From the NCBI RefSeq assembly GCF_006345805.1, contig NC_043013.1, positions 14,322,001 through 14,386,000 of the forward strand: 64,000 bases of DNA, written 5' to 3'. Both the position numbers and the translations under genes were made by a program. Within the stretch, counting starts at the first letter, position 1; each line of letters opens with the position of its first letter. The notes beneath the pieces are model-generated. The model did not search any database. It saw nothing but the letters and a program-made list of their open reading frames with translations, and had not been told where the DNA came from. The DNA is from Octopus sinensis. Taxonomy: Eukaryota. Below are positions 27,976-41,283 of the stretch, one piece after another.

Positions 27976-28270
27976 CTTTTAAGATCACAGTCCGTATTTC
28001 TGCGATGATTACAGTGTAGTCCATAGTATCAGTGGGCATTCGGTTGATCATCACCATTGATTCATTTCTTCAGGCGATATAACATTAGTAGATGAACCAC
28101 CGAGGGATGTCTTTGCCTTTTTACCAGTATGAAGTTCAAGCGAGTTATGTAGGCATTTCCGTGTGTATTAGGTGGGGGGGGGAGTAGAAGGTGATGGGAA
28201 TTGAGGAAGAAATAGTTGTTATATGGGGATGGAGGTGTATGTGGTGGTGTCGGATTTATTTTACTATGCA
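27970..28270. repeat. Left arm of a ~300-bp inverted duplication
   Basis: Reverse-complement match to 28935-29235. Confidence 0.85.
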
Positions 28271-28379
28271 TTCCTTATCATGCAGTTGTTGTTAAAGCTG
28301 CATTCCTTTTTAGGACTGAAGTTACACATATTATTATTTTCTTGGCGATTATAAATTAACAACTGCATGATAAGGAATG
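28269..28379. repeat. 22-bp perfect inverted repeat with a 67-nt spacer
   Basis: CATTCCTTATCATGCAGTTGTT (28269-28290) and AACAACTGCATGATAAGGAATG (28358-28379). Confidence 0.9.
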
Positions 28380-28934
28380 TAGTGTACAAATGTGAGGTGA
28401 AGATAGAAGCGCAGAATTACGTGTACATTGGTGGCACCGGGAACACTTGAAATACTGTCTGAGAAACCATCACTCATCATTTTCTAATATAAATAAAAGA
28501 CACTCCACATCTCTATCGAGACTCATCTGGAGACTAAAATAGATTGGAGTGAAACATACGACCAAGTGGTCCGTTAAAAAAGACATGTTGCACCATATCA
28601 CAGGTATGCAATCAATGCCTGGAAGAAATTCTAGAAATAATCACATCCAAGGAAAACATGATGAATAGGAACAAAACATCATTCATGGAGTTTGAAAATA
28701 TTTTGAAAAGAAAATAATACACTATAGAAAAGAGAAGGAACCCAAACAAATAAACAAACAAACCAATATTTGAAATGCTATACACCAACAAAAACCCTGA
28801 AAAGGTCCCATAAGAAAGTAGCATTTATCAATTCAATCAACAAACACCAGTGTAGCAGCAACACTTGACCGCCTCTAGTGTTCAGAATTTATTGGAAGAT
28901 AGTCGAGAATGTACTACTCATCCTTAACATCTGC

Positions 28935-29235
28935 GGAATGAATAACAAAATATATCCAACACCACCAGACACACCTCCATCCCCATATAACAACCACTCC
29001 TTCCTCTTTTCTCATCACCTTCTTCTCCTCCCCACCTAATACACACATAAATGTCCACATAACTTGCTTGGCCTTCATACTGGTGAAAAGAGAAAAACAT
29101 CCTTCTGTGGTTCATCCACTAATGTTATATCGCCTGAAGAAATGAATCAATGATGATGATAATCAACCGGACACTCGCGGATACAAAGGACTACACTGTA
29201 ATCATCCCAGGAATACGGACTGTGATCTTAAAGAT
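28935..29235. repeat. Right arm of the ~300-bp inverted duplication
   Basis: Reverse complement of 27970-28270. Confidence 0.85.
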
Positions 29236-29295
29236 AATATGATTTGTGGAAACGCGCGTAGTGATGCATTAGATGTTTATAAATTCCATCTCAGG

Positions 29296-29357
<62 letters not shown>

Positions 29358-29359
29358 CA

Positions 29360-29417
<58 letters not shown>

Positions 29418-29807
29418 GATTATTATCATCGTCATTGTTATTATATACACACACACACATACACAAGTATATAGATCCATAATTTAAACAAATGATTAAT
29501 AACACATCCTTACATTATTCATAAATGGCCAACGAGCTTGATACTTGGGGACAAAGCAAATTACACTTAATTATAGAATAACTACTGAAGGGAAGTGACT
29601 TTGTACAGTAGCAGTTAATGGCAACTACACAGCGGAAGAGTGAATGACAATCAACTCCGGAAAACTTCAAAAGAGTGAATTAGCTTACCTAAGTGAAAAA
29701 TAACTCTTCTTACAATTCCTGCCTCAACTCTAAACCTCAGATCATTCTATAATTTCTCAAAACCTCATTTTGTTTACCTAAACAACGGCATATACATACT
29801 TACAAAT

Positions 29808-30197
29808 GGATGGATGGAAGCACTCCGTCGGTTACGACGACGAGGGTTCCGGTTGATCCGATGAACGGAACAGCCTGCTCGTGAAATTAACGTGTAAGTG
29901 GCTGAGCACTCCACAGACACGTGTACCCTTAACGTAGTTCTCGGGGATATTCAGCGTGACACAGAGAGTGACAAGGCCGGCCCTTTGAAATACAAGTACA
30001 ACAGAAACAGGAAGTAAGAGTGAGAGAAAGTTGTGGGGAAAGAGTACAGCAGGGATCACCACCATCCCTGCCGGAGCCTCGTGGAGCTTTAGTTGTTTTC
30101 GCTCAATAAACACTCACAACGCCCGGTCTGGGAATCGAAACCGCGATCCTACGACCGCGAATCCGCTGCCCTAACCACTGGGCCATTGCGCCTCCAC
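29808..30197 (-). mobile_element. Family C SINE, full length
   Basis: (TCCA)n tail; 10-bp TSD ACTTACAAAT at 29798-29807 and 30198-30207. Confidence 0.95.
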
Positions 30198-30257
30198 ACT
30201 TACAAATATACATACTAATATGCATGCATGCATAGAAGCATACACACACGCACATAT

Positions 30258-30680
30258 AGGTCCAAGCATGGCTGTATGGTAAGAAGCTTACTTCTCAACC
30301 ACATGGTGCCGGGTTCAGTCCCACTGCATGGCACCTTGAGCAAGTGTCTTCTACTATAGCCTCTGACGGATCAAAGCTTTGTGAGTGAAGTTGGAAGTCG
30401 GAAACTAAATGAAGCCCGTCATATATACATATGTGAGTGCGTGTGTGTGTGTATTCATGTCTGTGTGTCTCTGTGTTTGACCCGCCGCCGTCACTTGACA
30501 ACCGGTGTTGGTGTGTTTATGTCCCCGTAAATTATCGATTCGGCAAAAGAAACCAATAGAATAAATATTAGGCTTACTTACAAAGAATAAATATTGGCGG
30601 AGTCAATTTCTTCGGCTAAAAGCCTTAAGGCGGTACTCCAGTATGATCGCAGTCAAATAACTGAAGCAAGTAAAATAATA
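30258..30680 (+). mobile_element. Family A SINE, diverged
   Basis: Head, body and tail recognisable. Confidence 0.85.
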
Positions 30681-31819
30681 CACTCACACACATTAATTTA
30701 ATATAATTAACACTGGCATTACATTGTATTATTCATCTATTTATCAGCTTGCTTCGCTTCACTTTCATTACGTATGTAACAATATTTATTTATATAACTG
30801 CATGTTATATATAAACAAAGAATAGACTTCTTTCGTTTGGCTTGCATTAAAAGAATGACAGTAACGTGAACGAGATGGGCTCAATTTTTGACGAGGCATA
30901 AACGTAAACAGGATAACAGCATTTACGATATTGTTTTTAGTAATGAATAATAACTGTATTAAAAATGCATCGTAACGGATGTACATATACATATGTTTAT
31001 ATTAAATTTATTGGCAGTATTTCGGTAGCCATTTTTCATTCCTTTATAATTGCACATTCTTTTAACATAATTACGTTTTATCTATAGCTCTACCTTATGT
31101 TTTCCATTATTGATGTTAGAGCTTCATTCATGTTGCATGTCTTGCCAGCATTCTTCCCACGTGCATGCTATATTTACACTTACGTATATACACTCTAGCA
31201 ATGTATGATGCAATGATATCAAACCAATGTACAACATGCTATCTTAAAGATAGCGTATTCGCATTAATATAGTGTGTTGATATATATATATGTATGAATG
31301 TCTGTATATCTGTATGTGTTTGTGCGTGTGTATGTATGTGTGTATAAATATATTTTTTTGTAAGTAACACTAAAGTTTGAAGTTGTAGAATTTGTCCCAC
31401 TTTATAAGACTTACTCTCCAAATCATTTGACACGAGTTTTCTATATTAACCAACAGCGTTTCTACTTTTTACTGCAACAGCATCTCTACTTAGTTGTTTG
31501 TTTGTCCTTTGTATTTGAAAGTTTTTTAATACTTAACCAATGTTTTAATGTTCACTAATTTCGACGATGTGCCGTGCATTGCAATATCTGTAAGAGATTT
31601 CCTCCTCCTTATTGTAGCCCGAACAATTCTTTTGAAGTAAATTGCTGCCATACAATAGAACAATGACACTTCTGTTTGATTTGATTTTTTTTTTCCACCA
31701 AGACCAGTAAAAATCTTTCTCTCCAAATTTTCAAAGTTCTCACTTACTTGCTGGAGTTGTTTATCTTTTAGTGTTCAGACTTTCATTCTGCTTATTTTCC
31801 TTGTCTCATAATATTTTAA

Positions 31820-32236
31820 TACTCTTTTACTCTTTTTACTCTTTTACTTGTTTCAGTCATTTGACTGCGGTCAAGCTGGAGCACCGCCTTTAGTCGAGAA
31901 AATCGACACCACGACTTATTCTTTGTAAGCCTAGTACCTATTCTATCGGTCTCTTTTGCTGAACCGCTAAGTTACGGGGACGTAAACACACCAGCATCGG
32001 TTGTCAAACGATGTTGGGGGGACAAACACAGACACACAAACACATACACATATATACATACATACATATACATATATACGACAGGCTTCTTTCAGTTTCC
32101 GTCTACCAAATCCACTCACAAGGCATTGGTCGGTCCGAGGCTATAGTAGAAGATACTTGATCAAGGTGCCACGCAGTGGGACTGAACCCAGAACCATGTG
32201 GTTGGTAAGTAAGCTACATACCACACAGCCACTCCT
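31820..32236 (-). mobile_element. Family A SINE
   Basis: Near-consensus copy. Confidence 0.95.
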
Positions 32237-32517
32237 CAAATGATCCGCCCAGCATCGCAACATTCATAAGAAATTTCGATGTTACTTTAGCGTGCGCTCT
32301 GCCGCAGCATCTTTAGTCTACGCAGTGAAATGGCCTTAAGGTTAGGATTAAGAAGACTTTGAAATTTCAGATGGAATATTCAGAAGGCCAAGGTGTGTTG
32401 GTGCCGCCTGTTGTTCATCATGAACTACTCCAATGAGTTATAATTGTTTAGTATTTTGGGATTGAAAAATATAAAGTTCTTCTTTTCCTCTCATTTTGGC
32501 ATCTTATTTAATTATCA

Positions 32518-32907
32518 GTGGAGGCGCAATGACCCAGTGGTTAGGGCAGCGGACTCGCGGTCGTAGGATCTTGGTTTCGATTCCCAGACCGGGCGTTGTG
32601 AGTGTTTATTGAGCGAAAAACACCTAAAGCTCCACGAGGCTCCGACAGGGGATGGTGGTGATCCCTGCTGTACTCTTTCACCACAACTTTCTCTCACTCT
32701 TTCTTCCTGTTTCTGTTGTACTTGTATTTCAAAGGGCCGGCCTTGTCACTCTTTGTGTCACGCTGAATATCACCGAGAACTACGTTAAGGGTACACGTGT
32801 CTGTGGAGTGCTCAGCCACTTACACGTTAATTTCACGAGCAGGCTGTTCCGTTGGTCGGATCAACCGGAACCCTCATCGTCGTAACCGACGGAGTGCTTC
32901 CATCCAT
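32518..32907 (+). mobile_element. Family C SINE, full length
   Basis: Near-consensus copy; possible TSD ATTATCA. Confidence 0.95.
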
Positions 32908-33200
32908 TTGATTATCAACTTTCTCGAGTAGCTGTTTCAACAGTAACTGTCATTATTGATGGGCCGGATGTCGAAGATATATGTGTGTGTACGCGGGCAT
33001 GCGCAAGTGTATGTGTGCGTATATGTATTATATATATAGTGATATTGTGTTGGCCCGAAACGTCAAAGACTTCCATATTTCTCAGTACATCTGCTTGTTG
33101 TTTTCTCCCCTTTCTGTTTTATGTTTTATGTACATTCGAACCGTATAAATATATGATTGCAGTGTTAAAGAAGTTCGACTTAGCTGTATGGTAAGTTGCT

Positions 33201-33567
33201 GCGTAGGAGTGGCTGCATGGTATGTAGCTTGCTTACCAACCACACGGTTCTGGGTTCAGTCCCACTGCGTGACACCTTGGGCAAGTATCTTCTACTATAG
33301 CCTCGGGCCGACCAAAGCCTTGTGAGTGGATTTGGTGGACGGAAACTGAAAGAAGCCTGGTGATTTTTTTTCCTCTGTCTTCCCTTCTCTGGATCTTTCC
33401 TTCTCCTATGTTTCCGACGAAGAGCTCCGGTCGAAACGTTAACCCCTCCTTCTTTCCTTCTTTCCTGAGCGTCCAATAATAATATATTGTTCCCACGTCT
33501 CTCGCGTTGTGCTGTGTATTTTGTGTGTTTTCTTGTTGGATTGCTATATATAGATATATATTATGAT

Positions 33568-33600
<33 letters not shown>

Positions 33601-33611
33601 TATAATATATT

Positions 33612-33643
<32 letters not shown>

Positions 33644-33935
33644 ATATATATATATTATATCTATATATATATATTATATATATTTTTTATATGTATAATA
33701 TTATATGTGTGTGTGGGTGCGTGTGTATGTTTGTATGTCTGTGTTTGTCCCCACATCATCGCGTGACAGCCGATGCTGGTGTGTTTACGTCCCTCGTAAC
33801 TTAGCGGTTCAGCAAAAGAGACCGATAGAATAAGTACTAAGCTTACAAAGAATAAGTCCTGGGGGTCGATTTACTCGAGTGAAGGTAGTGCTCCAGCATG
33901 GCCGCAGTCAAATGACTGAAACAAGTAAACGAAAA
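33201..33935 (+). mobile_element. Family A SINE split by an insertion at its internal microsatellite
   Basis: Head 33201-33358, foreign segment 33359-33545, TA tract, 3' half 33720-33935. Confidence 0.85.
33359..33545 (+). mobile_element. Penelope-type terminal fragment with a degenerate hammerhead-like motif (33410-33443)
   Basis: GTTT-CCGACGA-A-GAGCTCCGGTC-GAAACGTT-AAC. Confidence 0.4.
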
Positions 33936-34609
33936 AATGAGAGAGAGAGTGTCGATCTGAGTCCTGCAAGCGAAATTGGATTGAGGAAGTACAGCCTTGT
34001 CATGCGCTGTATAACAACTAGTCTTCTTGGGACTAGCGTTAAAGGTACAAATGTATGCGGAGTACTCAGTCACCTATACGTTAATTCAAGGAGCAGATGT
34101 TCTGCTGATCGAAACATCTGAATCGCTCATCGTCAAAACCGGCGAAAAACCAATTTTCTGTTTCATATACGTCTGTGAGTGTGCGTGTGTGTGTGTATGT
34201 GTGTGTGTGTAAAAATATGTGTCTATGTACATGTATCTCTCCCTCTTCCACTTTCTCCTCTCCTCTCCCTCTTTCTCTGTCTCTATGCACTCACACACAC
34301 ACATATATAGATAGATATAAATATAAATATATATACATATAAGAGAGCAAAGTATACATACATATATATACATTATATATACATATACATGCATACACAT
34401 ATACATATATAAATAAAATAAAACACACATGCAAAATATACACATGCACAAAATACACACACACATACACACAGACACACACACACATATATATAAATAT
34501 ATATATCTGTATATACATATATATACACACACACACACACCAAATCATACATACATTTAAGCCATGGAATGATTAATGACATATAGTCGTGTCTGATTTA
34601 ATGTGGTTT

Positions 34610-34739
34610 TGTTGTTGTTGTTGTTAGTGCTGTGTTAGCTACACTCATTATTGCTGTTGTTGTGTTGTTGTTGTTGTTTGGTATGCTTATGCTATTGCAA
34701 GTTGATGGTGCTTGTGATGGCGGCCTGTGGTAGTGGTGC

Positions 34740-34770
<31 letters not shown>

Positions 34771-35300
34771 GTTAGTAATATTTCGTGTAGAGGTGGTGGA
34801 AATTGTTGTAGTGGGATTGGTGTAGGTGGTAGTGGTGATGTTGGTGGTGGTGATGGTGGTGGAGGTGATGGTGGCAGTAACTGGTGGTAGTGGTGGTATT
34901 GGTACTGGAGGAACTCGTTGTAGTGGTGGTGATGGTTGTGGTGGTGGTAGTGGTGGTAGTGATGGTGGTAGTGTTGGTGGTGGTTGTAGTGGTGGAAAAA
35001 ATGCAGTGGTGGTGATGGTGGTTGTGGTGAAAGTGGTGCTAGAGCTGGTAGTGTTTATTGTGGTGGTGGTTGTGGTAGTTGTGGTGGTGGTGGTGGTGGT
35101 GGTGGTAGTGTTGGGGTAGGGGTAGGGGTGGTGGTAGTGTAGTGGTGGCAGTAATGGCTGTGGAGAGTGGATGACGGCGATAACCGTTGTAGTGGTTGTG
35201 GTTTTGGTGGTGGCAACGATTATAGTGGTGGTAATGGTGGTGGCTGTGGTGGTAGTTTTAGTAGTGGCAGTGGTGATGATAACTGTAGTGGTGGTAGTCG
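34610..35300. repeat. Imperfect (GGT)n/(GTT)n/(GTA)n low-complexity tract
   Basis: Seen directly; source of the poly-V/G ORFs. Confidence 0.95.
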
Positions 35301-35427
35301 TTTACAAGTCTATTGTTGTTGCTGCTGTTATTAACGTTGCTGGTTATGACGGATGTTCTTGTTGATGTTAACGTTGTAGTTGGTTGTGATAGTGTTGCTC
35401 TTAATATTGTTGTTCTTAGCATTGCTG

Positions 35428-35812
35428 TCTCTTTACTCTTTACTCTTTTACTTGTTTCAGTCATGTTACTGTGGCCATGCTGGAGCAACGCCTTTAGTCG
35501 AGCAAATCTAATCCAGGACTTATCCTTTGTAAGTCTAGTACTTATTCTATCGATTTCTTTTGCCGAACCGCTAGATAAGGGGACGTAAACACACCAGCAT
35601 CGGTTATCAAGCGATGTTGGGGGGACAAATACAGACACACAAACATACATATATAAGACAGGTTTCTCTCAGTTTCCGTCTACCAAATCCACTCACAAGG
35701 CTTTGGTCGGCCCGAGGCTTTGGTAGAAGACACTTGCCCAAGGTGCCACGCAGTAGGACTGAACCTGTAACCGTTTGTAAGCAAGCTACTTATCACACAG
35801 CCACTCCTACGC
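35428..35812 (-). mobile_element. Family A SINE
   Basis: Head, body and tail. Confidence 0.9.
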
Positions 35813-36659
35813 TGATGTTTTCTTATTTTAAATCTCAGGTGAAACCTGATTGAGTAAACATATGACCAAAGCCATCAACCAGCCATCCACGACCATCCTC
35901 TATGACTACCTCGCGAAACACTCATTCCTTTATTGAAGATGGTAGACTTAGCTGTTATTTCTAGCACCCTAACTACTTCTGCATAGTCTAGCCAATAAAG
36001 AGACAACCTTTTCATGCACAGACAACCTTTTCAGAGAAGCGGGCCGCAAAAGACATAACTCACTCATCATCAGGTGGGCCGCACTATTTAAAAAATTCTT
36101 TAGTAGTGCTAGTCAGAAAGTGCCGAGTGATGCAGTTTGCCCTTGACTGTATGAGCGTTTGACCAGCAAGTTATAGCAAAGAAATACTCTCAAATTATAC
36201 CTTACTCGAGAAAGATACGTTAGACATGTAGTGCTAGATGTACAAAAAAAAAGCCAGGACCTGTAAGCATTGACCTGAGGTTAAGAAGTTCGTTTCACAA
36301 ACGCTTGGTTTTTGGTTCAGTGCCACTGGGCAGCATATGAGGCAAAAATCTTCTATTATAGCTTCGAAGTGACTTCATGTTTTGTGAGCTGTACTTGGTT
36401 GACAAAGACTGTACAGAAGCCTGTCGTAGATACATATATTTATGTGTGTGAGTGGGTGTGTATATGTGAGTGAGTGTGTGTTGCTGTGTATGCGTATGTA
36501 CATATGTGTGCCACTAGCTATACATGTACGTGTGTGTATAAGAGAGTACGTATGTGCGTGTGAAAGAGGGCTGGTGGTCTTGAGGTGTGCGTGTATGTAT
36601 GAGTAGGTGTGAATATGTGGGGATGTGAATTGGTCAGTGCTGGTATGTGGGTGGTGTGT

Positions 36660-36710
<51 letters not shown>

Positions 36711-36744
36711 TAATATGTATATATATGTATATAATAATAATATG

Positions 36745-36827
<83 letters not shown>

Positions 36828-36831
<4 letters not shown>

Positions 36832-37120
36832 AGGCGCAATGGCCCAGTGGTTAGGGCAGCGGACTCGCGGTCGGAGGATCGCGGTTTCGTTTCCCAGACC
36901 GGGTGTTGTATGTGTTTATTGAACGAAAACACCTAAAAGCTCCACGAGACTCCGGCAGGGGTTGGTGATCCCTGCTGTACTCTTTCACCACTCTTTCTTC
37001 TGTTGGCCTGCTCGCTTAGCCAGCGGGGTGGCGTCGTTCGAAGGCTAAAACAATGCGAACGCATTGTGACCAGCGATGTGTAGCAACATCTGATGGTCTG
37101 GTCGGTCACGTGATCACGTG
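36828..37120 (+). mobile_element. Family C head with an alternative 3' half (subfamily C2)
   Basis: C head to CTCTTTCACCAC, then unrelated CTGTTGGCCTGCTCGC...GGTCACGTGATCACGTGA(TA)n; preceded by (GT)n. Confidence 0.8.
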
Positions 37121-38861
37121 ATATATATATATGGAGTTCATGTAACTTGGCAGTCCAAAAGAAGTGACACCGATAGGATAAGTACCAGACTAAACATTTT
37201 TAAATCACGAATACCAAAGTAAATTTGATCGACAACATATTTCAAGCTGGTGCCCCAGCATGGTCGCAGTGCATTGCTTGAAAGTAAAGCAGTAAAATAG
37301 TAAGAGAGTTGCGTACGTCAAACTGTGTTGTGCAATACATCCTTAAAGAAAAAAACATGTTCAAAAATCAACAGTGCGTGTTGTAAGGGAATTTGGTTGT
37401 TATTTCTAGTAATCAGGTAGAAATCATGTAGAAGCTGTCAGCCAGGTTCTTGTGTTGGCCATAGTGGTTAGGTGGTTATGCTGTGATTCGGTTTGAGTGT
37501 GACAGCTGGTGTCCTTATGCATTTATTAGAAACGATATGCATCACAGCAGTGTTTTGTGGTTAATGCATATACAGTTGCCGCAAAGTTGCTTTGTTCGTT
37601 TGTCCGCATTAAACAAGAAAGATAATTTGTTTTATTTTTTTCTTAAGACGCTGTTGTAAATGGGGTTCTGGGTTTTTTGTGGATTATTTCGGGGTGTTTG
37701 ATGGAGATTAATGATATAAAGCTGCTTGGACTTTGGATCAAACCTTGCTCCCCACCACCAAACAATCTGCTCCTTATCGCATATCCAAATGGTCTTTCGT
37801 TTCATAGTTCTTTGTCTATTATGTTTGTGATCTTTGAGGGTGCAGCCTGTGTTGATGTGAAGTTCAACGTTTTGTATTTTTTAATTATTGTTGTTGTCGT
37901 TGTTGTTGTTGATGATTTTATTGTTGTTTAGCGTTAGGTCAGTTTTTAATCAAAAACTTTCCAGCCGTAGCCGCAACGCTTTTGTTTTTTTCTTTTTACT
38001 TTTCTTTTCAGAAACAATGCATCTAGGAATCATACATTGTCCTGTTAGTCCTTCCTCTTTTTTTTTCTGAAAGACGATGGTATTGAAGATCTATTTAGCT
38101 GCTATCTTTAGTAGAACAAGAGAAGGTTCCGACGCTCTGTCACTGATACATTTCTTTCTGGTTTATTATGATTGTTTTTGGAATGATCTCTTCTCGCTCT
38201 ACGACACATCACTAGTGGACGTCGACTCTACAGTATGGTTTTCATTGGAGTGTTCGTGGCTACAATTGGAAACCAACCGAACAGTTTGCCAGCCCTATGT
38301 GCGGATGCTTTTGCGGAACATCACTCTTTTCGTTGGCCGTTGGCTCACAAGGAGCTCGTCCGTCTTTCCGTGTTTTGACAGATGTTGTTTTTAGTCCTGC
38401 AGAGCATCCACAGCAGCCCTCCTCACCTGGAAAGCCGGATGAGGGAGCCAGTTTAGTAGCCGACCAACTGAACCTGAAACAGGGCGTACTAAGTTACAAG
38501 ATACCAGCAGAAGGATTTTCCTGACCTGAGCTATATAGAATGATAGTAAAAGTTTCCCAGCCATAATCGTCCTGTATATTTAAAAGTTTGTACAAACGAC
38601 CTTATTTAATGTGGCCTATCCTTACTTAAGACAGTAGAGTAGCATTTGAGGGACATTTGGCTGTTCTTGCTCTTCATCTGTTTATGTTTTAATCTATCAC
38701 CATATATATGTCTCTCTTACTTCCATCTCTTTCTGTCCTCTCTTATTCCTTCTCCATCCATCTCTCCTTCTCTCTCTCTCTCTCTCACACCTCACTGTTT
38801 TTCTCTCACTTTCTTCATAAACCAACCAGCTTACTTTTAAGCTTTTGTCTGTTTCATTCTT

Positions 38862-38904
<43 letters not shown>

Positions 38905-39326
38905 TTCTCTCTTTCTCTTACTGCTTTCTTGTCTCTTTCTTTCTGTCTCTCCCTCCCTCACTTGGTCACCTTTTCACATTCTCAGACAATTTCTATCTCT
39001 ATCACTGCCTATCTTCTCTATCTCTGCCTGCCTTCCCTTCTTTCTCCCTCACTCTCCCTCTATCGTTCTCCCCCTTCTCTCTTTCTGTCACCTTCCTCAC
39101 TCATTCACCTTAATTGTTACACAAAACGTAATACGATACACTCCACCGTAATGACATAACCGCATTGCATAAGAAACAATAGCGACATAATATGTTGAAA
39201 CACTCTTACTTAAACAGAGTCCTTTCAGAGGACGTTTCCGGAAGTAACCGGAGAACATCGGAAGTGACCGAAAGTACTTCTCTGCAACTTCATACAAAAT
39301 AATAATAATAATAATAACACTAATAC

Positions 39327-39375
<49 letters not shown>

Positions 39376-39689
39376 CAACGACTATAATAATTATTTAAGG
39401 CGGAGAAAAAAGCAAGAGAAGAAAAAGTAAAAAGGGAGGGAAGGAGAAGAGATAGAGAAAGTGTTGGTCTCCTCCCAAATACAGAAATAGAAACATTATC
39501 CACCGGAAGTTTCCGGAAGCTTGTCTCTGAGGACGGATTGACGGGGAAGGATTTTGTGAAGAAGAAATAAAAAATAGAAGAGGAGTGAGAAGGGGAGGAA
39601 ATGAGGCGGAAACAGTGGAATAGACAGGGAACGATGAAAGAAGATAGGTAGATAGATAGATAGATATACACATAGGTACGAAATTATTA

Positions 39690-39731
<42 letters not shown>

Positions 39732-39778
39732 GTGGTAGTAGTAGTAGTATTAGTAGCAGCAGTAGTAGTAGTAGTAGC

Positions 39779-39824
<46 letters not shown>

Positions 39825-39833
39825 AGTAGTAGT

Positions 39834-39975
39834 AAGGTGGCGAGCTGGCAGAATCGTTAGCATGCTGGGCAAAATGCTTAGCGGCATTTTGTCGTCTTTA
39901 CGATCTGAGTTCAAATTCCGCTGAAGTGGACTTTACTTTCATCCTTTCGGGATCGATAGATTAGGTACCAGTGCG
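39834..39975 (+). mobile_element. Family B SINE, 3'-truncated
   Basis: AGGTGGCGAGCTGGCAGAATCG head and core. Confidence 0.8.
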
Positions 39976-40080
39976 TTTCTCTGCCCTAGGTGTCAGGAAG
40001 ACACTTAGTAAGAAATCGAAACGGAATGGAAAGAAGATGATAATGAAAACAACAACAAAAACAACAATAATATAATAATG

Positions 40081-40131
<51 letters not shown>

Positions 40132-40161
40132 TTAATAATAATATTAATAATAATAATAATA

Positions 40162-40199
<38 letters not shown>

Positions 40200-40297
40200 T
40201 AATAATAATAATAATAATAATAAAATAATAATAATAATAATTATAATATAATATATAAATAATAATATAATAATATAATAATAATAATAATAATAAT

Positions 40298-40787
40298 ATC
40301 ATGTACATTGTTTTGTCTTGGTATAAAAGATGGGCTACAGCAAATATTCTGCTCAATACCACAGATTTGCTTGTCAGTTGTTTGACCTTAACCAGTTGAG
40401 CATGTCCCTTAGTGGCTGACGATATGTGCATCTCTGATCACGAGCAGAAGTAGTGGGGGAGCATCATAGCCATGTGTTGAGAGAGATTCTTTGGGGTTGA
40501 ATAATTCACCTCTGGAACATGGGTGGTTCTTTCAACATCCTTAAACAACCCTTATTCAGGGACCTTTTGAGCGGGATGGGCTACTCAACCTGAAGAAAAT
40601 TCTAACTGGGCCCCACCTGCAAGGTCATGTGCTGTTTATCTTGATATGAGATCACCATGTCGCGCACATATGGTTGTGATGCATGTGCCTGGTGTACCCT
40701 TATCAGACGGGTAGTCATGATGGGTATATTGGGCTTCGTATATTTTACCCCAGTGTCACTTTGATGGCATGCACTGCTCTCTCACTC
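40298..40787. mobile_element. Unclassified ~490-bp non-coding element bounded by (TAA)n
   Basis: GC-richer island with sharp junctions to (TAA)n on both sides; no ORF and no tRNA head. Confidence 0.5.
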
Positions 40788-40806
40788 AATAATAATAATA
40801 ATATTA

Positions 40807-40938
40807 ATAGAAATCAGCAAAATGTGGAACCTGAAGACTAAAACAATGCCTGTTGTCATAGGTGTCTTGAGAATGATAGCAAAAGGGGCTGATTGCTACC
40901 TAACTCAGATACCAGGAAACCCCAAAATGGCAGAAATT
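40807..40938 (+). mobile_element. Dong/R4-like fragment, copy 3
   Basis: Encodes IEISKMWNLKTKTMPVVIGVLRMIAKGADCYLTQIPGNPKMAEI; matches copy 1. Confidence 0.85.
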
Positions 40939-41223
40939 TATAGGTTTGGTACCCCCACCCCGATAAAATAAGTACCTTGTTTTAAAAAAACAAGTACTGT
41001 AGTCGATTTGTTCGACTAAAATCTTTTAAGCAATGTCCTTGTATAGCCGCAGTCTATACAAGGTAATAACCTTATAATGTGATTTTCAACGCTTTTATCC
41101 GGATAACGGCTACCAAATGTTATTATTCGGTAGGACTTCTCCTGTCACGAGATATACAATTGGAAATTTGCAAATATCCTTGAAGCACACGCAAAAAAGG
41201 GAATACGAGATGGATTGAACTGG

Positions 41224-41275
<52 letters not shown>

Positions 41276-41283
<8 letters not shown>

